A stretch of DNA of 64,000 nt from Octopus sinensis (Eukaryota). Location of the stretch: positions 3,844,001-3,908,000 of the forward strand of contig NC_043023.1 in the NCBI RefSeq assembly GCF_006345805.1. The letters are read 5' to 3'. The first letter of the stretch is position 1. Each line of letters opens with the position of its first letter. The notes beneath the pieces were generated by a model. It was not told the origin of the DNA. It searched no databases and worked only from the letters and a program-made list of their open reading frames with translations. The position numbers were made by a program, and so were the translations under genes. This document shows, one piece after another, positions 53,490 through 64,000 of the stretch.

Positions 53490-53656
53490 TACGACGGGCT
53501 TCTTTGCAGTCTCCGTCTACCAAATCCACTCACAAGTCTTTGGTCATCCCGAGGCTATAGTAGAAGACACTTGCCCAAGGTGCCACGCAATGGGACAGAA
53601 CCCGGAACCATGTGGTTGGTAAGCAAGCTACTTACCACACAGCCACTCCTACACCT
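53192..53656 (-). mobile_element. tRNA-derived SINE, dominant family
   Basis: Full copy about 120 bp downstream of an ADK exon. Confidence 0.85.
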
Positions 53657-53813
53657 ATTGTGTATCTACATTATCTAATGTAGAGTCAATAATAATAAAG
53701 GATGAAATTAATTAATCAATTAATAATTAATAATTTTAACAAATAGTTTGGTATGTTAAAAGAACCATTATCAGTAACATTATACAAAAATTATATAATT
53801 ATAAGCATAATTA

Positions 53814-54379
53814 TTGGGTTGTCCAGAAAGTTCTTGCCGATTTTTAAAGGAAAGAAAAAGTTCAATAAATACTTGCCATTACATTTTTAATCAACCAAAT
53901 ATGAACCATTTTGTTGCACAATGCGTCTCCATCTTTCCTTTAGCTTGAAAATACCCTCTTCCCAGAATTGAGGTGGTTTCATGGCAAAGAATTCATCAAG
54001 GTATCTTTTTACATCATCCAAGGAATTGAAATTTTTACCATTAAGACTATTCTGCAGAGACCTGAATAAGTGGAAATCCGAAGGAGCAATATCTGGGGAA
54101 TATGGAGGGTGGGGTAACACATCCCAGCCGAGCTGCAGCAATTTTTGTCTGGTTCCCAAAGCATCAAGTGCTGAAAATGAACTTTCTTATCTTCTATTTT
54201 AAAGGGTTACAGAATTAACACAGGTTATAGGAACATAAACCTTCTTCCACGAAAAGATTGCTTAAACTGTGCTCTAAATTGAGGTGTAGTCAAATCCTAT
54301 TTTATGGACTCAACCATGTTCTAAAATAAGTCGAAAGGGAAGCTGCTATAAATCGGCACGAACTTTCCGGACAACCCAG
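53814..54379 (-). mobile_element. Internally deleted mariner (DD34D-type) element
   Basis: TIRs ttgggttgtccagaaagttc / gaactttccggacaacccag with TA flanks; ORF 53887-54159 contains LPHPPYSPDIAPSDFHLF...WRRIVQQNGSY. Confidence 0.9.
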
Positions 54380-54948
54380 TATAATTAAGGTTCATCAAAA
54401 TTTGCTTTACCACATACTGAAATTTAGAAATAGCAGTCAAATACTATTCCATTACCATGAGATATCTCCCAGACAGCAATACTCTACGCAGATAAAGAGA
54501 AAAAACAAAAAATCAAAGCTGAGTGGATTCGTTATTTTTCTCTTTACCTGCGTGAGTTGTCGAGTATTAACCCTTTACCTATTCAGATTACTCTATCAAA
54601 TGTAAAGCCTGTTTAATTACATTGTTTTAAACTAATTGTACAGCATCTTGTAACTCTGAGGTTTTGATGATGTCCCTGTTTATTTTTAGAATGACTTTGT
54701 AGGGTAGGTGTGAGAGGTCAGAGCTGGCTAGTTTGAGCATAAAACAGTGTATTCAACATAGAGAAGGATATAAAAATGATCATCGTTTTCATCATCATCA
54801 TGACATCCATCGTCGTTGCCCTCATCACCACCACACCCCTAATCATCGTTATCATCATCATCACCTCATCCATTATCATCATCATCGTCACTATTGCCTT
54901 CGTAAGTCATGTGACCTATGTGTGTCTGTTGTGTGTTTATAATTGCAG

Positions 54949-55035
54949 AGGGGAAGGTGGAGAAGTATGAAGTAATTCCAATCAGTTTGGAGGAGATTGT
55001 GGACACCAATGCTGCTGGAGATGCTTTCGTTGGAG
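54949..55035 (+). CDS. ADK: Adenosine kinase coding exon (PfkB catalytic signature)
   Basis: ttgcag|AG GGG...GGA G|gtatgt; 87 bp; [28 protein letters not shown](G). Confidence 0.95.
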
Positions 55036-55074
55036 GTATGTATCTTGGTGGTGGGCATGGTGGAAGGTGTGTGT

Positions 55075-55138
55075 GTGTATATATATACATACATACATAC
55101 GTGTATATATATATATATATATATATAGTATAACATAC

Positions 55139-55176
<38 letters not shown>

Positions 55177-55190
55177 TATACATACGTATA

Positions 55191-55221
<31 letters not shown>

Positions 55222-55226
55222 CATAC

Positions 55227-55264
<38 letters not shown>

Positions 55265-55273
55265 TATACATAC

Positions 55274-55313
<40 letters not shown>

Positions 55314-55322
55314 TATACATAC

Positions 55323-55357
<35 letters not shown>

Positions 55358-55375
55358 TATATAGTATATACATAC

Positions 55376-55417
<42 letters not shown>

Positions 55418-55434
55418 TAATACATACGTATATA

Positions 55435-55477
<43 letters not shown>

Positions 55478-55640
55478 TTTCCATACGTATATGATATATA
55501 CATATATATATAGTAATACATATATATAGTATAAATACGTATATGATATATACATATATATATAGTAAATACATATATATAGTATAAATACATATATAGC
55601 ATATACATATAGATATGTAGTGTGTATGTATGTATATATA
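55075..55640. repeat. Compound (TA)n / GTATATACATAC microsatellite
   Basis: Direct reading. Confidence 0.95.
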
Positions 55641-56195
55641 TGTGTGTGTGTGTGTGTGTGCTGGTGCCATGCAAAAAGTACCCTGACCACTCTGTAAAGT
55701 GGTTGCCATTAGGAAGGTCATCCAACTGTAGAAACCATACCAAAACCAGGTACTGGTACCATGTAAAAAGCCCTCAGTCCACCATGTAAGGCAGTTGCTA
55801 TTAGAAAGGGCATTCAACTGTAAAATCCATGTCAAAACAGAATTTGCTGGTGCTGGTGCCGTGTAAAATAAGTACCTGGGCCACTCTGTGATGTGGTTGG
55901 CATTAGGAAAGGCATGTAGCCATAGAAACCATTCCAAAGGAGGCACTGAAAAATTGGTGCAGTCTTTTGGCTTGCCAGCTCCTGTCAGACTGTCCAACCC
56001 ATGCCAACATGGAAAACCAACGTTAAATGATGATATATATGAAGGGCTTCTTTCAGTTTCCATGTACCAAGTCCACTCTCAAGGCTTTGATTGACCAAGG
56101 CTATAGTAGAAGACACTTGCCAAAGGTGCCATGCAGTGGGAATGAACCTGGAACCATGTCGTTGAGAACCAAACTTCTTACCATATAGATACACG

Positions 56196-56229
<34 letters not shown>

Positions 56230-56904
56230 TGTTCTGCACAGATACTGTTGAAAGCCTTCTAAACTGTAGTATTTGTCTTGAGAAAGCATCTCTTATAGAT
56301 GTATACAGTCAAAGCCAAATAGAGATATATCGTCAGCAGATGAAATTGCCCAACAGTGGCATTGCTAAATGCAAATTTTTGCTTTTTTGAGCTTCATTAA
56401 GAGCAAGCATTGACTGGCATTGCATATTTATCTCTATCAGCTCGCAGCTGAGTTTTGCTTCTCAGCCAATACCAGTGGAGGTCTGCTACTGATGAAGCTC
56501 AGAAAAGCAGAAATCCAGACTTAGCAATGCCATTGCCAATGCTGGGTGGTTTTAGTGTGCTGCTGATGTATTACAGTTTTTAACAAGATATGTCGGTAAA
56601 AGATGCTTTCTTGAGATGAATACTGCATTTAGGAGGCTGTCAATGGTATACACGCTTTAAGTATGACACACCATACATTATTTACATTCAATGGATATTT
56701 GTCCTCATCTTGGTTGTTGTTAACACGTTTCGGCTGATATACCCTCCAGCCTTCATCAGGTATCTTGGGGAAATTTCTAATCTGGGTTCTCATTCCCAAG
56801 GTATTTTTCGATGTTGTTGTTGTTGTTATTTTTCTTCTTCATCTTCTCTTCTTCTTTTCTTCTTCTTCTTCTTCTTTTTCTTCTTCTTCTTCTTCTTCTT
56901 CTTC

Positions 56905-56935
<31 letters not shown>

Positions 56936-57109
56936 CATTATTATCCAGGTCACTGCCTGGAATCGAACTCGGAATCTTGGAATTAGTAGCCTGCACTCTT
57001 AACCACTGACCATGTGATCAGCTGCTAACCCCAAGATTCTGGGTTCGATTCCAGGAAGTGACCTGAATAATAATAATGATAATAATAATAATAATATCGA
57101 AAAATAGCT

Positions 57110-57966
<857 letters not shown>

Positions 57967-58097
57967 TGAAGCTGCAATAACCACGACAACAACAGCAATA
58001 ACGATAACAGCAAAAAAAGATGAACGGTAAAAGAAGAGGAGGAGGGAGAAGTGGCGAGACGAGAAGGAAGCTGGGCGAGGTGGATGGTGGTTGTGAT

Positions 58098-58115
58098 GGG
58101 TTGGGTAGGGTAGGG
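58098..58115 (+). other. G-quadruplex-forming motif in the presumed ADK 3' UTR
   Basis: GGG TT GGG TA GGG TA GGG, 131 nt after the stop codon. Confidence 0.5.
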
Positions 58116-60386
58116 TAAGGTGTTGATGCTTGCACCTGCGGATGGGCTGGGTAAGTGTTTCGGTCGGCGGGGTAGGGTCTACTCCGTCGGGGGTTGGGTC
58201 TTCGTGAAGAATCGGGTGTCGCACTTCAACATCACTCACCTCTCCCTCTGGCCGGACTTGTCCACCTCGTACGCACACATTAGAATACGAAAGACACTCC
58301 GACATGAGATGCAACAAAACGCACACCTAACTTTAATCCCCCCCCCCCAAATCTGTACTCCTTTCTGTACTCTTCTGAACTCCTTTCTTGCCATACAGAG
58401 TTTTCCTTGTTTTTTTTTGGGTTTTTTTTTCATATCTTTTTTTGCTTTGTTTATCCTTCCCCCCCCCCCTTCTGATTCGTTTACTTGGTCTTCCCTAAAC
58501 AACAACACCATTGCCAAAATCACGGCCCAAACTTCAATTCATTTTATCTACACTCGCCTCTAAAAATCCCACTAAAAGCTAGCTTATGCATTTCATGACT
58601 TCGTACTCCACAAAGTACCTCACTATCAAAGTACACATGCACAGAATTGAGTAGACTCAGTTCCTACACAGTCACGTGTTTCTGTAAATCAGTAGCTCAC
58701 CTCCTCGGTATTTAAGCAAAAACTACTATTTGCTGAAATACCAAGGAGGTAAGCTGCGGGCTTGCAGAAACATGTGTATACATAAGCTTAAAAACACCAG
58801 TTAACTTTTCTGTTTCCTATTACTTAATGTGGCTCAAACTCTGCACAGTTGCCTACCTAGATTGGTTTCAAGCCATGTGGAATATCAGATTTGAATGGGG
58901 AAATGATTACCGATCTGAAATTAATTGATAACATGTCAGGCATTTCAACACACTGTTAAGTTTGTATGTATGTGTCGCGGTATCAACCAGACTATTGGAT
59001 ATTGTTATATATCACTGGTCACAGTGCACTTTGCATGGTTTTAGCTTTCCAATGATTTCACCCCGCTGGCTAGGCATGCGGGCCAACATTCCGCCTGAAT
59101 GGAGCTGAGTGAACTGGAACGACATGAAATTCTTGTCCGGGAATTGAAACCATGATCTCACGGTCATGAGAGCAATACTCCTAACCACTAAGCCATGCAC
59201 CTTCACACACACACACACACACACACACATTTTACCTTTTACTTAATTCAGTCGTTAGACTGCGGCCATGCTGCAGCACCACCTTAGCATATTTTAGTTG
59301 AACGAATTGACCCCAGAACTTCTTTTTTAATGCCTGTTACTTATTTTGTTGGTCTCTTTTTGCTGAACCACTAAGTTACAGGGACACAAAGACAGACACA
59401 CACACACATATATATATATATAATTCATATGATAGGCTTCTTTCAGTTTCTGTTTACAAAATCCTCTCACAAGGCTTTGATTGGCCGGAGACTATAGTAG
59501 AAAACACATACACAAGGTGCCATGCAGTGGGACTGAACCTGGAACCATGTGGTTGAGAAACTAGCTTCTTGCTACACAGCCATGTCTGTACCTATATATA
59601 TATATAAATGTATATTTATATCAAAGTATCATTAGAGACAGAAATTCCCATAAATTCATCAAATCAGAATATTATATTTAATACTTACTATTCATGTTCA
59701 AATTTGCCGACTACACCTGTTTCATGAGGTTCTATACTATGTTCTTAAGATACCCAGTCTCTTACAGAACCTCCCCTTGAACACGAATAGTAAGTATTAA
59801 ATACAATATTCTATGACATGGTTGAATTTATGTTCTGATTTGAGGAATTTTATGGAGATTTCTCTCTCTAATGATACTTTGATATATATGTATTTATTTA
59901 TTGAGAATAATTCAATTTGATATTCTTAATTTGAATATCTCATCTGTGTGACACCGGAATTGATATTCCCTTATTATTATAATATATATATATGTGTGTG
60001 TGTGTGTGTGAAGGGCATTCAGTCATAAAAACCATGCCATAACAAGCAATGAAGCCTGGTGCATTCTTCTGGCTTGCCAGCTCCTCTCAAACAGTCCAAC
60101 CCATGCCAGCATGGAAAACAGACGTTAAATGATGGGTGATATATTTGTGTAGAGGTACATGGCTTAGTGGTTAGTGTGTTTGACTCATGATCATAAGATT
60201 CTGGTTTCAATTCCTGGACTGAGCAATTCATTGTTTTTCTTGGAGCAACGCACGTCATTTCATGTTGTTCCTATTCACTGAGCTGGCAAAAATGAGTCAT
60301 ACCCTGTGACAGATCTGCGTCCCTGTTCTGTCATAGAAACCTGGAAGTTGGCCCCTCTGAGTCTGTACGACTCTGCAAGGTTCTTT

Positions 60387-60435
<49 letters not shown>

Positions 60436-60912
60436 TCTCAAACCGGCAAAGGGTACTACAGTAAATTATTTTACGCAGTATTACTTCCGTAATTTAGCAC
60501 ACCAAAACGAGGACTTTTGAAAGATAACCACAAGTGTAATAGGTAGAACTACATACATATTCGACCTTGTACAGATGTCTAGTGTGTAGTTCTGCAAATT
60601 ATATTTGTATAGACGCTCATACTGAAGATCTACAGATAAATTATGTAATTTGTTAATAGTGAAACATATATTTTTATTACTTTCCATTTGTCTTGCTCGC
60701 TTACATTTCTGGTGTTTGCTAAATTTTCTAGAGAACATTTCTTAGTGGTAAGACCATAGCGGATATACTTTTAGCGTTAGGGTGTCCACATAGTGGTAAT
60801 CCCTCTTATATGTAATACTATTTACTGAACCTCAATTTTTTAATTATGCTAGACCACTGGTGTTAAATTGATGTTATCAAATTAATATCCAATTTTTCAC
60901 CCTCATTTTAAT

Positions 60913-60943
<31 letters not shown>

Positions 60944-61388
60944 ATAGGTGTGTATGCACACACGTATACACTCAGTGTAAACATGTAGTTAAGGATTCAG
61001 AAGATTTAAATGCATTTCCTGCTGTAATGAGAATTTAAGGGATAGGGGCCAAATTAATACGTTCTTTTCATTTTGACTGGCATGAAACTCCGTCCCCTAT
61101 TTTTACCATCTCCATGTTACCTGCCTTCCTCCCACAACTCTCAGGATTACCCTTTTCCCCTCGCCTCCCAAAACAATAGCCACGCCCACCATTACTTTTC
61201 CTTTCGTTTTCATTCCACTTTTATCTTGGTTCTTTGAAGTCCCTTGTGTTTGCGACAAGGGGACATGGGTCTCTTGGTTTTTCAAATACACACACATATA
61301 TATATACATATATACACACACACATGTATATACATATATATACACACACGCACACATATATACACACATGCACACATATATATATATG

Positions 61389-61440
<52 letters not shown>

Positions 61441-61484
61441 CACACACACACATATATATACACTCACACATATATATATACATG

Positions 61485-61518
<34 letters not shown>

Positions 61519-61546
61519 CACACACACACATACGTATATGCGCATA

Positions 61547-63793
61547 CAGGGTGGCGCAGAAGTCACGAAGGGGTTTCAATATTTAATATCTTGTTTATCT
61601 CATTTAAAAATTGCGATATTTTCGTAGGTAAGTTATAGAAAAAGAATGTGAGATTTTATTTCCCCAAGATGTGAAAGATGGCATTTTTTAAATAGCATCC
61701 GTTTTCCACATCACATAAACAACGTACTCCTTTGTAAGGTATTTTCCATAACAGCCCTTAATGTTTGTAGCCCCAGTCATCTAATTTCTGTTCTAATGTT
61801 GTTTTTGAGACTTACTCTTTTACTTGTTTCAGTCATTTGATTGTGGCCATGCTGGAGCACCGTCTTTAGCTGAGCAAATCGAGCCCAGGACTTATTCTTT
61901 GTAAGCCTAGTACTTACTCTATCGGTCTCCTTTACCGAACCACTAAGTTATGGGGACGTAAACACACCAGCATCGATTGTCAAGCGATGTTGGGGGAGAC
62001 AAACACACACTCACACATATATATATATATATATATATCTACACAATGGGCTTCTTTCAGTTTCCATCTACTAAATCTACTCACAAGGCTTTGGTCGGCC
62101 CGAGGCTATAGTAGAAGACACTTGCCCAAGGTGCCACGCAGTGGGACTGAACCCGGAACCATGTGGTTGGTAAGCAAGCTACTTACCAGACAGCCACTCA
62201 AATTTTTTTCCTGAAGACAGCTCCATAGAAAAAAGTCTGGAGTGGTTAGATCCGGAGAACGAGATGGCCAATTTATCTCTGAAAATTAAGAAATTTATTT
62301 TTTATCAAAACTTTGCCTGAGTGTTTCCTTGGTGTTCCTTATTGTTTGGGCTGCGGCTCCCTCCTGCTGAAACCACATATAAGGCATATCTTGAACCGCT
62401 GGGTGTAAGAAATTTGGGATCATGGATCGGTGTTTGTCTCCAGGAACAGTAACAGTGTCTCCTTCCTCATTTTCGAAGAAATAAGGTCCTATCACTTTTT
62501 TCGAAGTCATTCCACACCAGATGGTACCCTTAATGGGATGCAGCTGTCTTTGATGGATTGCTGTAGGGTTTTCTGGACCCCAAATCCTGCAGCTTTGTTT
62601 ATTAATGAATCCATTCAAATGAAAATGGGTTTTATCTGCCATAATCAATTTATGGGTGGAGGCACGTGGCTTAGTGGTTAGGGTGTCAGCACCATGATCG
62701 TAAGATTGTGGTTTCGATTCCTGGACCAGGCGATGCGTTGTGTTCTTGAGCAAAACACTTCATTTCACCTTGCTCCAGTCCACTCAGCCAGCAAAATTGA
62801 GTAACGCTGCAATGGACTGGCGCCCCATCTAGTTGGGGAACACATATGCCATTGAAACAGGGAAAATAAACGCGCCCATGAGCTTGGCTAAGCCTTAAAA
62901 GGGCGCGTTTATTTTATTATCATATATATGTATGTATGTATACATATACACACACACATACGCATATATATATATATATGTTAAGGCGTGTGGCTTAGTG
63001 GTTAAGGTGTCAGCATCATGATCATAAGATTGTGGTTTCGATTCCTGTACCGGGCGACACGTGTTCTTGAGCAAAACACTGCATTTCACATTGCTCCAGG
63101 GCCCGGTTTCTATGGCGTATGTGTTTCCCAGCTGGACGGGACACCAGTCCATCAAAGCGTTACTCATTTTTGCCAGCTGAGTAGACTGTAGCAACGTGAA
63201 ATGAAGTGCCTTAGAAGGGCACATTTATTTATTCTAATCAATTTATGGAGAACTTCTGGGTTTTCTCTTGCTAATTCTTGGAATTTTGTGGCATATTATA
63301 ATTCAGCAGGATAGTCTGGTTCTTCCAGATTTTGCACTGATCGGATTTTATACAGAAAAGATCCATTGTTTTTAAAATCCGTTGGAGTGATGTCCTGCAG
63401 CTTTCAACTCATCCAGAACATCTTCATGTTGATGTTGTTGGGTCTCCTTCAATACCATCCCTCACATGCCTGACTATGGCTTTGTTTCCAATGGAACAAG
63501 GTCTACTTATTCTTGGAAGGTCACTTACCAATCCTTGATCCACAAATTGACTAATTAATTGATTTAGATGATTCATTGCTCCATAATTACAACAAATATG
63601 CTCGTTGAGTCCGAATTATTCATCCTTGGTTTTCACAATAAAATTTCACAATTTGTGTTCACTGTTCATTAGTGTACTTTTCCAGGCTTAAATTTTAGAG
63701 TCGTCTGTGTATAAATATGAAATAAAACAAGAATTAAATATTTATTAAAAATGTTATTAAATACTGAAACCCCTTTGTGACATCTGGGCCACC

Positions 63794-63796
<3 letters not shown>
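61547..63796 (-). mobile_element. Decayed Tc1/mariner transposon (maT/DD37D-like, tentative) with nested SINEs
   Basis: TA|cagggtggcgcagaagtcac ... gtgacatctgggccaccctg|TA; transposase motifs HFHLNGFINKQSCRIWG, IGPYFFE and WFQQEGA; N-terminal remnant with stops at 63240-63500. Confidence 0.85.
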
Positions 63797-63836
<40 letters not shown>

Positions 63837-64000
63837 TGTACACATTACTTAATAAATTGTATGATATAGACCTGATAGTTTGCTGGTGAAGCACATTCCA
63901 TATGTATGTATGTGTGTGTGTATATATTTATACATATATGTACACATATATACAGGTGCATATGCATATATATATCTATATATATACACACACACACACC

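Overview
Repeat-dense, AT-rich eukaryotic genomic DNA, most likely from a coleoid cephalopod such as Octopus. That call is an inference from the SINE families, the (TA)n/(CA)n content and the gene structure. The only host gene I can support is a + strand adenosine kinase (ADK). Ten GT-AG coding exons between 26205 and 57966 splice in frame to 338 codons plus a stop; the first coding exon was not found. The rest is tRNA-derived SINEs, decayed Tc1/mariner, Helitron-like and piggyBac-like elements, an R4/Dong-like LINE fragment, satellites and microsatellites. Almost all ORFs in the supplied track are artefacts of these repeats. The most notable signal is a high density of type-I hammerhead ribozyme (HHR) motifs, about 20 copies from at least six unrelated sequence families. 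They sit in (TA)n-associated foldback elements and in a ~532-bp tandem array, resembling Penelope-like element or retrozyme derivatives. In every complete foldback the ribozyme's antisense copy lies upstream of the ribozyme on either strand, and five sense-strand HHRs lie inside ADK introns. All structures and coordinates were read by eye; no folding program or database search was run.
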